A stretch of DNA of 64,000 nucleotides from Porphyridium purpureum (Eukaryota). The translations under genes were made by a program, and so were the position numbers. How positions within the stretch are numbered: position 1 is the first letter of the stretch; each line of letters opens with the position of its first letter. A model generated the notes under the pieces. That model was not told where the DNA came from, ran no database searches, and was given only the letters and a program-made list of their open reading frames with translations. Location of the stretch: contig VRMN01000002.1 of NCBI GenBank assembly GCA_008690995.1, positions 1,302,001-1,366,000 on the forward strand. Reading direction: 5' to 3'. Below are positions 20,575 through 29,617 of the stretch, piece by piece.

Positions 20575-21469
20575 ATGCAGTGCACTGGTCAGGACGCACC
20601 CGCTCGCAGTGAAGGTTTTCGATCCTGTGGCTGTATGTATAATATAGTGTATTCCAATAAGCCGTATGCGTGGCGACTAGCGATGCGAAAGAGTGGAAAG
20701 TAGCATGATAGGCGAACGACTCTGTACCCCCGAGAAGCGAGTGGCAGAAAACGACCTTTTCACCGGCACACCACGTGTAACCCGTGTTCCTGAAGATAAC
20801 ATGGCGATGAAGCCGCCCGGCGAAGCACCGGTCCTGGATACCACCGTCGGGCTGTGCACACAGACATCCACGTAGTCTGCTGCGGGTGGCGGACAGACGC
20901 GCCGCAGCATGCGCGCGTGACGCATCTCCCGCCGCTCCCCGCCTTGCCATGGCGGAACGCGCTGCGTGTACCGCCTCTGACGCTCGATCGCGCGGGGTAC
21001 AGCACGAGCCATGTTCCATGTAAAAACGGTGCGTTCGTTTTTCGGGTCGCTCTGGGGGGAGCTGCTTCCAAACTGGGACGGTTTTAGTAGGAGAGCTCAG
21101 CGTGTTGGTCGACGCGTGCAGCAACGCCGAGGCCAAGTGGCTTGGAGGCTGGTTTTGTCCTATGAGAAAAGTAGCAATGACAGGAATACGTCGTTTATAA
21201 CATATCTAAGGTGTGTTAGTGTGGAGAGAGGGAGAGTGACGATCGATATTCTTGAACGTGTTTCGTGTATGAAGCGCGGGGGCGTGTTGAGGGGAACGTG
21301 GATTTGTGTCTGTCGGAGAGAGAAGGAGGGAGAGCGGAGAGGAGGAGGAAGGAGCGGGAGAAGAAGGCGGGACTGGTGAGAAGGGACGGAGGGAGCAAGC
21401 GGGGAAAGGGTGGAGGGAGTGAGGAAGGGGAGGGGAGAAAGGGGGAAAGTCGAGGGCGGACGAGGCACG

Positions 21470-22861
21470 ATGAATGGCACAGGCGCGCACGTAGAGGCGC
21501 CGCCGTTGACGCTGGAGCAGTTTCGCAAGTCGTTGAGGGGCGAGCTGGTGCTCGACACGGACGCCGAGGAGTTGTACAGGCTGGCAAAGCAGATTTGGAA
21601 TGGCGATTGGGAGATTGATAACAGGCCAAAGATGATCGTGCATGCGCGCGGCGTCGCGGACGTGCGCTCGACCATCAGCTACGCGCAGCAACACGGCATG
21701 GAACTGGCGGTGCGGTGCGGCGGCCACTCGCTCAAGGGGCTCTCGACCAACGTCGGCGGCATTGTGCTGGACCTGGGCAAGCACATGAAGTCGGTTCGCG
21801 TCGACCTGGCCAAAAAGGAGGTGTGGTTCGAAGGCGGGTGCCTGGTGAAAGACGTCGACGCGGAGACCGCGCCGTTTGGCTTTGCGACCGTCCTGGGCGC
21901 GGTTGGGAACGCGGGTACGGGCGGACTCGTCAGTGGCGGTGGGTACGGCTACTTTAGCCGCGCGTACGGCCTGTCAGTAGACAATGTGCTGGAAATGGAC
22001 GTCGTGCTCGCTGACGGGTCCTTTGTGCGCGCGAGCGAGAATGAGAATCCGGATCTCTTTTGGGCATGCCGCGGAGGACAGTCTAATTTCGGGATCATCA
22101 CATCTTTCCGAATGAGGCTGTTTGAGTGCCCGAAGGAGATTTTTGGTGGTCTCGTCTTGTACGATATGGAAGACGCAGTCAAAGTACTTACGGCGTTTGA
22201 CGCCTTTGCTAGCGACCCGCAGTGTCCGCGAGAAGCGTCCACACACGTTTACTCAATCTGCCTCTCACCCGAGCAAAAGCTGCTCGCAGTGCAGGTATGT
22301 TACCTTGGCGATCCCAAGAAGGGCATGCAGGCATACGAGCGCTTGTTGAGCTCGGCGGTTCCTGTCGATGTGCAGTCGAAAATCACCACTTATCAAGAGT
22401 ACCAGGTCTTTTCCGACGAGGTGTATCGTATCAAGGGTATCCCGTCGTACTGGAGGTCACGCAACGTCAAGGCCGGCACGCGACTACCGGTGGACGACCT
22501 GGTGAGCATCATTAACTCGTCGCCATCGGAAGGTATCCTTGTCATTGAACACTTTGGAGGAAGAATTTGCGAAGTGGACCCCTCCGCGACGGCATACCGA
22601 CATCGCGATTCTAATTATGTGTTCACCTTCACCGGATTCGGCTTTCAAAACGCGAATGCTCGCAAGGAAGTGAAGAATTGGATGAACAATGCCGTCGAGC
22701 TGCTCGAGGAGTATTTGAGTGGGGGTTCGTATTTGAATTATGACAATGGCCCAGCTCAAGCTTCCTTTGGCGACAATCTGCCGCGCCTACGAGAGCTCAA
22801 GTTAAAGTACGACCCGATGAACTTTTTCCGATGCAACATTAACATCCTGCCGGCAGTTTGA
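21470..22861 (+). CDS. FAD-linked oxidase, berberine-bridge/6-hydroxy-D-nicotine oxidase family
   Basis: RCGGHS flavinylation motif, GGGYGYFSRAYGLSVDNV, DLFWACRGG..NFGIIT, C-terminal BBE motif YLNY..FGDNLPRLRELKLKYDPMNFF. Confidence 0.92.
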   Translation: MNGTGAHVEAPPLTLEQFRKSLRGELVLDTDAEELYRLAKQIWNGDWEIDNRPKMIVHARGVADVRSTISYAQQHGMELAVRCGGHSLKGLSTNVGGIVLDLGKHMKSVRVDLAKKEVWFEGGCLVKDVDAETAPFGFATVLGAVGNAGTGGLVSGGGYGYFSRAYGLSVDNVLEMDVVLADGSFVRASENENPDLFWACRGGQSNFGIITSFRMRLFECPKEIFGGLVLYDMEDAVKVLTAFDAFASDPQCPREASTHVYSICLSPEQKLLAVQVCYLGDPKKGMQAYERLLSSAVPVDVQSKITTYQEYQVFSDEVYRIKGIPSYWRSRNVKAGTRLPVDDLVSIINSSPSEGILVIEHFGGRICEVDPSATAYRHRDSNYVFTFTGFGFQNANARKEVKNWMNNAVELLEEYLSGGSYLNYDNGPAQASFGDNLPRLRELKLKYDPMNFFRCNINILPAV

Positions 22862-23278
22862 ACAGACACCCTGTTCCTCGCGACGTGACTGCATTTGTGA
22901 AAAAGGTTGAGATGGGAGCCAGTATCTCTTCTCCTTAACTTGTTTATGCGTGGATAAGTATAGGACAATTGTTGCTTGTGTTCGACAAGGTGACAGGCGG
23001 ATATGGCCGCAAATTGTATCATGGCGTTCAAGCGATTGTTTATGTTTGTGATTATACATTCTTACCACATCCTCCTTCCTCACGAGTCCAGCTGATGGCC
23101 GACAAGCCCATCGTGCTTGCTCTGCAGACATTCGGACGTGTTCATGTCGTGGGGAGAATACGACGCGGCAGGGGTGATGTCGAGAAAGCACCCCTCCCGC
23201 AGAGGATTCTCGACCGCAAGATTCCGTCCTAGCCTGCCCCACTAAGCTGTTACTTTGGGGCGCAGCCACGAGACCATA

Positions 23279-23566
23279 TTATTTGAGCTGGATCTGGACC
23301 ATGGCGCGAAAGTCAGACCAGAGAGTTTCAGACTCCTCCGGCTCGTACAGATCCAAGCTATCAAGCTGGATTGCCTCGACGCTCGCGCGAATCTGCTCAA
23401 TGTAGTCCTCGAAGGAACACGCCCACTGGAACATAGTCTTTTCCAGCACGACGGCAGTGCGATGTAGAGTTGCGACCGGGAACGCTTCAATCTTACGAAA
23501 CTCATCAACAATACGCTCGACCACGCAGGCGCGTATCTCCGGAAGCACTTGTTCTTTCCAAGCCAT
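23279..23566 (-). CDS. Small KIX-domain (Med15-like) protein
   Basis: WKEQVLPEIRACVVERIVDEF...AVVLEKTMFQWACSFEDYIEQI resembles the Med15/plant KIX pattern W+..l....R..iv.+I.....A..fE..if..A.S..dY...I. Confidence 0.55.
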   Translation of the reverse strand: MAWKEQVLPEIRACVVERIVDEFRKIEAFPVATLHRTAVVLEKTMFQWACSFEDYIEQIRASVEAIQLDSLDLYEPEESETLWSDFRAMVQIQLK

Positions 23567-23797
23567 GTTCACTCGCTCCAACACCCTCACGTCAGGCGCA
23601 CGGTTGTGTTCCAGCTTGCCCTCCGTCCCGCGCCTTTCCTGCGCCCCGTCCTAACTTTCACCGCAGGCGTTTACGCCCTTTATGCGCGCGGGTGTGGTGG
23701 GAGCAATAAAGCGGGGACAGGCCCACGCAGTCTAGATTCACGTGGAGCGCGCGTTGTGGCGCACGACGCCATTTCGAGTTTCGCCGTGTTTTAGTAT

Positions 23798-23829
23798 CAA
23801 AACCGCAAAACCGCAAAACCGCAAAACCG
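23798..23829. repeat. Tandem repeat (CAAAACCG)x4
   Basis: Four exact copies read directly, followed by degenerate AAAGCG units. Confidence 0.9.
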
Positions 23830-24125
23830 CCGAAGCGCCAAAGCGTCAAAGCGCAAACGGCGCGCGGCGCTCTGCAGCGCGTGAGCTTCGTAATCGCGTG
23901 TCGCGGGCGCCCACAAAAATATCTGCGTCTGTGACGTGTTGCCGCGCAACGGGAACCCGCCCGAGCAACGTGGACCGTCGGTTTGTCGCGTCCTCGCTGC
24001 GTTCAATTTGTTTGCCGTCTCGCATAAATTCAGGACATTTGTGGGTGTTCACTAGAAAGTGCAGTGGATGAAGAAAAAGAACCGCGGGTTCACGTCTTTT
24101 TTAACCTTTTTTTTAATTTCTGCGT

Positions 24126-24923
24126 TCAATGCGCTACAGCTTGCGCCTTGTCGGTCGCCGCGCTTGAGGCCTTGGGCGCGGGCTCTTCGAAGCGGAGTTG
24201 CATGTCTAGGGCGTCCTCCGCGTCCGCATAGTACTTGGTCTCGATGTCGTGCACCTTGTATCCGAGCGTGTCAATATAGAGATGCTTGGCTGGGCTGTTG
24301 CTCTTGCGCACGTGCAGCGACACATACTTGGCCTTGAAGTTTTCCTGCATCGCTCGATGCGCGGCCAGCATCAGGTTTTTCGCGATTCCCATCTTGCGGT
24401 GCGAACGAAGAACTGCGACCGACGTGATGTGGCCGTGCACCTCGGCTGAAGGCTCCTCCTCCATCTTGGCCAATACGTACCCCACCAGCTTCTGATTGTA
24501 ATCCTCCGCCACGAAAATCAGTTGCGGCCAGCTCAAAATGTGGTACATGTAGTACTTCATCTGATAGTTTTCCGGCAGGCACGCCAGATTCACGGCCTGC
24601 ATCGCCAAGAGATCCTCTGGCTGTGTGTTCCAAGCACACAAACAAGAGCGTCCGCAATCATTAACACAGGGGAGCACAAAGATTCACCAGAAATGCAACG
24701 ACGAAAACAGCAACCAGATCAGTCCATCCATTCTCTTCCATTCATTCTTCCTGAACCGCCAAACTCTGTGTTCCAAACACGTCCCACGCCCTCCCGCTAC
24801 ACCACTCAACCGAGCAGCTCGACGTCTCCCAGAAAGATGCGATGCCTTCCTTCCCGACGGACGCGACCTCGTCTCGTCTCGATAAACCTCCAAACTTACC
24901 GTTGCTTGACGAATATTGATCAT
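24126..24923 (-). CDS. NAA10: N-alpha-acetyltransferase 10 (NatA catalytic subunit); two exons 24923-24900 and 24620-24126, GT-AG intron 24899-24621
   Basis: Exon 1 is MINIRQAT followed by GTAAGT. Acceptor ACACAG precedes [58 protein letters not shown]. Splicing is in phase 0 and restores the conserved N-terminus. Confidence 0.93.
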
Positions 24924-25242
24924 GATGCCTGTATGCGCGTACTTGAGCGTTCGTCCCGCATCCAACTCCTTCCCTGTTGATGAAGAGATGCGAGGACACG
25001 ACACGATCCACGACCTCTCCCCCTTCACTCCGGCCCCCATGGCCATACGCCGAGCTCGACTTGTACGCAGCCTTGTTGCGGACGCACGCTCCGAAACACG
25101 CGGTACAGTTGATAAACTGTACATCCTGCGTTTTTGTCCAAGTCGCGAGTAGGCGACGACGGGAGTGGAGAAGAAGAAGGGTGGAGATTGAAGATCCAAG
25201 ATTGTGTTTGTGTGTGTGTGTGTCTCGGTGGATTGAGAAGCG

Positions 25243-27225
25243 ATGGCGTTCTGCGGTGCATTGAACCCGGTCGGTCTCGCGCCAGCACCGTCATTTGCTG
25301 GTCATCGGGAGAGCAGTGTGGTGGCATTGCCGTGTGCACGCGATGTCAAGGGACGACGAACGCGTGCCGCCCAACGGCATGTTGGAGCGAAGGGCGCGCG
25401 TGCGGTGGTTATGGCCGTGGAGGGCGATGGGGAAGCGGTGAAGAGCAGGAAGAGAAAGGACTCGAGCAGGGTGCGCAGCGTGCTGGTTGCGTTGCTCGGG
25501 CTTGTTGGCATGTTTGTTCCGCCGCTCGGCGCGGTGCGCGCACCGCTCTCGGTGAATGCGTCGACTGTGTCGACGTCATCGCGCACGTTGACGCGGTCAG
25601 AGGCACAGAGGATGAAATCTGCGAGAAAAATAGTCACGATAGTGGCCAAAGGAGGCGCTAGCACGGCGCCACGGGCGGCACCCACGGCAACCGACCTGCC
25701 GACGCAGACAGCCAACATCTCTGAACCAAAGACCCTCACGGAAAAGCTGCTGGCGTTTGCGAAGAAAGTGGGACCGGGTGTGTTTGTGTTTATGGCCGTT
25801 TTTTGGTTGTTGCGCGTTGGCTTTGAAAAATTCAAGCAGTCGCAGATTGACAAGCTGAGGAGCCAACTGGGTGCGATGGGAGGCTTTGACGCGGAACAGA
25901 TGGAAAAGCTGTTCTCGACGGCCATGATGGGTGGAAGTGACGCCTCGGCCGCCGACAGCAAAGCCATGCAAGAGATGGCCGCGAAGCTGCTCGAAGGCAT
26001 GTCCGGCACGGCCGACCCAAATCTGGCGTCGAAAATGCGATTAAATTTGAAAGGGAACGCCGCGGCGGCACAGGAAGAGGTCAAAGTCGATATCAAGTCG
26101 GTGTTACTACCGGCCGCAAGTGAGTTTGAAGCCGCACTGATCAACCTTATGGATGAATATCCAGAGGATGATGACGCGATCAAAAAGAGTGTCCTGGAAG
26201 TGGCGGGTACGCAGGATGTTGCTGCCGTGAAGTCACTTTTTACGGCCTTCGGATCCAAGCAACTTTCTGCACTGATAGATAAGGTTGCCGCGAAAGTCGA
26301 GTCCGACGATCGCGATTCGCTCGTGAATTTAAGTGCCCTGGCCACATGCGCGACGCGACTGAATTTTATTGGTGCCTCTGTATTTGGTGTGAAAACCGTC
26401 CAGTACACCCCAAGGAGAGCTCGCACAGACGGGGCCGATGAAGAGGAGAAAAATTCTGCATCCGAAACTAAATCAAAGGAGAAGGACCAAACTGCGGAAA
26501 AGGCGGCGAATACAGAGAGCGTTTCTGCGCCAGCGCAAGAGACACCAACTGCACAAGCCGCAGGCGAGACATCTAGTGATGCAAATGCTACGGCAAAGCA
26601 AGGGGATGAAGATGTCGAGAACACAACCGAGACCTTGTCGTACGAAGTGCCAAACGTCGAATTTGTGTACACAGGCAGTGCGGTCGTTGGCAGGGAGCAG
26701 GAGTCTGCGCTGTACAAGCGCTACTCCATGTACTGCTTCTCGTCCGAAGAGCGCATGCAAAATGATCTCATATCCTTGACGACCGTGCGTAGTTTGTTAG
26801 GCATTGATGAAGAAGCTGCTGACCGAATCGACCAGGAGGTTGCGGCGGCGATGCTCCAAGTGGCCATGTCGGGAGCCGCGGCCTTTGGTGAGGGTGGCGA
26901 GGACCTCGATAGCATCCAGAAGCAGTTTGCCAGCCTCCTCGGAGATGACAAGGCGCAAGGGATCAAGGACGAGACGGCACTGATGAATGTGTTTTATTCG
27001 CTGCAGCAAGTAATCGACAAGGAAGGCCTCTCAACCGAGGACATTTCGGAACTGCGAAAAATGGCAACGACCCTGGGCATTGACCTCAACCTCATTTTGA
27101 ATGGCAACGAGAACATGATCAAGGCCATGGGCCCGGAGGCTGAGCAAATATTCAAGACGTTGCGAAAGGCCATTGCGGACGATGAGAAGGCGAAAGCTGA
27201 GCCCGGATCCAAACAACAAAAGTAA
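25243..27225 (+). CDS. Plastid-targeted Tic110-like inner-envelope protein
   Basis: MAFC transit-like N-terminus, two hydrophobic segments, and a helical C-terminal region (LYKRYSMYC..LLGIDEEAADRIDQEVA..ISELRKM) reminiscent of the Tic110 stromal domain. Confidence 0.5.
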   Translation: MAFCGALNPVGLAPAPSFAGHRESSVVALPCARDVKGRRTRAAQRHVGAKGARAVVMAVEGDGEAVKSRKRKDSSRVRSVLVALLGLVGMFVPPLGAVRAPLSVNASTVSTSSRTLTRSEAQRMKSARKIVTIVAKGGASTAPRAAPTATDLPTQTANISEPKTLTEKLLAFAKKVGPGVFVFMAVFWLLRVGFEKFKQSQIDKLRSQLGAMGGFDAEQMEKLFSTAMMGGSDASAADSKAMQEMAAKLLEGMSGTADPNLASKMRLNLKGNAAAAQEEVKVDIKSVLLPAASEFEAALINLMDEYPEDDDAIKKSVLEVAGTQDVAAVKSLFTAFGSKQLSALIDKVAAKVESDDRDSLVNLSALATCATRLNFIGASVFGVKTVQYTPRRARTDGADEEEKNSASETKSKEKDQTAEKAANTESVSAPAQETPTAQAAGETSSDANATAKQGDEDVENTTETLSYEVPNVEFVYTGSAVVGREQESALYKRYSMYCFSSEERMQNDLISLTTVRSLLGIDEEAADRIDQEVAAAMLQVAMSGAAAFGEGGEDLDSIQKQFASLLGDDKAQGIKDETALMNVFYSLQQVIDKEGLSTEDISELRKMATTLGIDLNLILNGNENMIKAMGPEAEQIFKTLRKAIADDEKAKAEPGSKQQK

Positions 27226-27371
27226 AGCCACCGCACTTTGTGAGCCCTTACCTCGTTTCTCTTGATTTCCTGCGCACGACATGGTGGGTGTACAGTTGGG
27301 CTCATGATGGTCGTGGAGATTTGCGTCCGAAGCGCTTGACGTTGTGAGCTACCGCGCGCGCGTACTTTGTC

Positions 27372-29042
27372 ATGATCCGTGGAACAGACTGCACACTGTA
27401 TGGTGACGCACGCACGGCGAGGATGCCAGCTGTCTTGGCGTTCGGGTTTGGGAGCCCATTGCCTGTTCTATGTACCGCGAGACATGCAGGGGCCGGTGAG
27501 GTATCGTCGCTGTGTGCGCATTCGCGCTCCGTACTACTCTGTCGCGCGGGCGGACCCATTATGATGTCAGATCCTCTGTCCACGGAGTTCAAGGCGGAAG
27601 ATCCAGAGCGCTGCTCTAGAAGATGCTTTCTGGCGAACGCGGCCAGAAGCTCGGCAGCTGCCGCGCTTTTTGTCACAGCCTCCGGCCAGCTCGCAGGTAC
27701 CGCAGACGCAGCCGTGACTGGAAGCAAAAGTGATCTAAGGCCTCCTCGCGGCTTTGTTTCAGTGCAGCTGCCAAAAGCTGGTATCGAGCTTACCGACGGT
27801 GTCGTGATTGCGTCCGGCGGCACATCTTCGGGAAAGAGCAACATTGTACTAATTGGGACGCGCTCAGGAGAGATCCTTCGCAGCGTGGATGGCGGACAGT
27901 CCTTCAAGCTTCAAAAAGTTGCATCGCCTGGTACACCAGTGGAAAATCTAGCCTCGTTGCGTAATGGGCAGGTATGGGCAACATCGCCTGACGGTGTGCT
28001 GTTTTCGTCGATTGATCAAGGAGGCTCGTGGAAAAAGATCGAGCTGCCGAGCAGCATGAAGGCAGGGCCGGTACTCGTGAGTGATGTGTTTGCCGCTACA
28101 GGTAGTAACACGGCGACCGGTGTCCAGCTGCTCACGTCGGATGGCCGCATGTATGTGACCGAGTCGATGGGACGGACCTGGCGTGGTTTGAACGTGAGCC
28201 CACTGCGCAGGCGCGACCTGAACACGGCGCTGAGCTCTAGGAGTACGTTTGCTGCGGGTCTGATACTACCAGTGTTTGCAGAAACCACCGAGGCACCACC
28301 TGATGAAGCTCTTGAACACGCAGCGTTGGAGCACGCCGTCGCCCCTGCAGTTGGACCAGAGGAAACGGGCACAGCGGAGAAGGCTGCAGCTGGAATTCAA
28401 GAGAGCGTGGAAGCAGAGGCTGGTCAACCGAGAGTCTTGAAAGGTGAGGCCGGGCTCGTGCGGGCAGATGTGGATTCGGATGGAAATTTCGTCGCATACT
28501 CTGTGCTATCAGACACCATTTTTGTCTGTGCCCGTGGCTCAGACCGCTGGCGCGCGATCAGCGTTGCGCCTTCATCAGCCGGTGACTCATTTGTCCGTGC
28601 GGGCTGGCTTCCTGCGCCGTACTCTGGGCCGGAGCTTCGTCGATGCTGGGTTTCGTTCCGCGACGGCACCGTTGCGTTTTTGTCGCTTACTTCCGACATG
28701 TCTGCGATCGCAGACCGCCAGGTGGTCGTTTCTGCAGAGCAAAGCGGTGGGTATCCTACCGTTGCACTGGCGCGGCGCATGACCTCCAGCGGGGATGAGC
28801 TTTGTGCGCTGACTGGCCAAGGAACCCTTCTGCGTGCTCGATTCGCATCGGGCAGCGTCTGCCAGTCTGCGAGCTCGTTCAAGTCCACGTGCCAACCGTC
28901 CATCTCTTGGACACCTCTGTACACACTGAACGGAGGCGCGGACACGTCTGCTGCGTCGCCATGGGTCGCGCAAACGCTGATTGCGGCCAACCGACTGTTT
29001 ATTCTGGGCTCTCCAGGCGTGCTCCTGGCTTCCAAGCTTTGA
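27372..29042 (+). CDS. Ycf48/HCF136-like BNR beta-propeller protein with twin-arginine lumen signal
   Basis: SRRCFL twin-Arg motif with AxA site; Asp-box repeats RSVDGGQSF, SSIDQGGSW, TESMGRTW; ends FILGSPGVLL. Start may be 27423. Confidence 0.65.
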   Translation: MIRGTDCTLYGDARTARMPAVLAFGFGSPLPVLCTARHAGAGEVSSLCAHSRSVLLCRAGGPIMMSDPLSTEFKAEDPERCSRRCFLANAARSSAAAALFVTASGQLAGTADAAVTGSKSDLRPPRGFVSVQLPKAGIELTDGVVIASGGTSSGKSNIVLIGTRSGEILRSVDGGQSFKLQKVASPGTPVENLASLRNGQVWATSPDGVLFSSIDQGGSWKKIELPSSMKAGPVLVSDVFAATGSNTATGVQLLTSDGRMYVTESMGRTWRGLNVSPLRRRDLNTALSSRSTFAAGLILPVFAETTEAPPDEALEHAALEHAVAPAVGPEETGTAEKAAAGIQESVEAEAGQPRVLKGEAGLVRADVDSDGNFVAYSVLSDTIFVCARGSDRWRAISVAPSSAGDSFVRAGWLPAPYSGPELRRCWVSFRDGTVAFLSLTSDMSAIADRQVVVSAEQSGGYPTVALARRMTSSGDELCALTGQGTLLRARFASGSVCQSASSFKSTCQPSISWTPLYTLNGGADTSAASPWVAQTLIAANRLFILGSPGVLLASKL

Positions 29043-29617
29043 ACTCGTGCCGTACCCCTTGGGTACAGCGGGCTGTCTCGTTCCCGCACCCCGTGTGCCA
29101 TTTTCATAGTAAAACCTGCATGATTTGATAGAAGACGCACGGATTTGTGTTTTCGCGTTTGGGTCGGGTGTTCGCGGTATTGGAGCGTCCAAACAGGGGC
29201 CGCGATGCGACAGCAGGGAACAAAGCATTGCAAGGGGGGCGCAACACTGCAAAGGAACAAGCGTCCTGTCCGCTTCGACTCGTGGTGCGTCTGGTGGGGT
29301 GGATTAGTGCTGCCACTGGCTGCTCATACTGATCTTGGGCCGCGGACTAATCGCAGTTGATTTATTCGCAGCCAAGTTTGTGCACTCTGGTATTTCTGGC
29401 TGCGGCGCCGCCCGCACGAAAGTTGGCACGCGCAGCACGTGCGGCCTTTGTCGATTCCACTGGATTCTCAGAGCCACTGTGCGCGTGTGTCGGTGGGTTG
29501 TTGTGTGCGTGTGCGTGTGCATCGGCCTCTCTTCTTCTTCTCGTCGTGGACGTGTTGCGTGGGTCTGCGAAGAGCACACCCAGTCCCAGACAAAGTTGCG
29601 AGTGGTCAACGCGCATC

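Noticed and set aside
24621..24677. ORF-track N-terminus of NAA10 (MLPCVNDCG...)
   Set aside because: It is intron sequence; the conserved N-terminus MINIRQAT lies in exon 24900-24923.
25302..26717. Long antisense ORFs (also 16195..17037, 58464..59453, 58574..59602, 56364..57158, 45617..46651)
   Set aside because: Shadow frames of real genes in GC-rich DNA, with no protein motifs.
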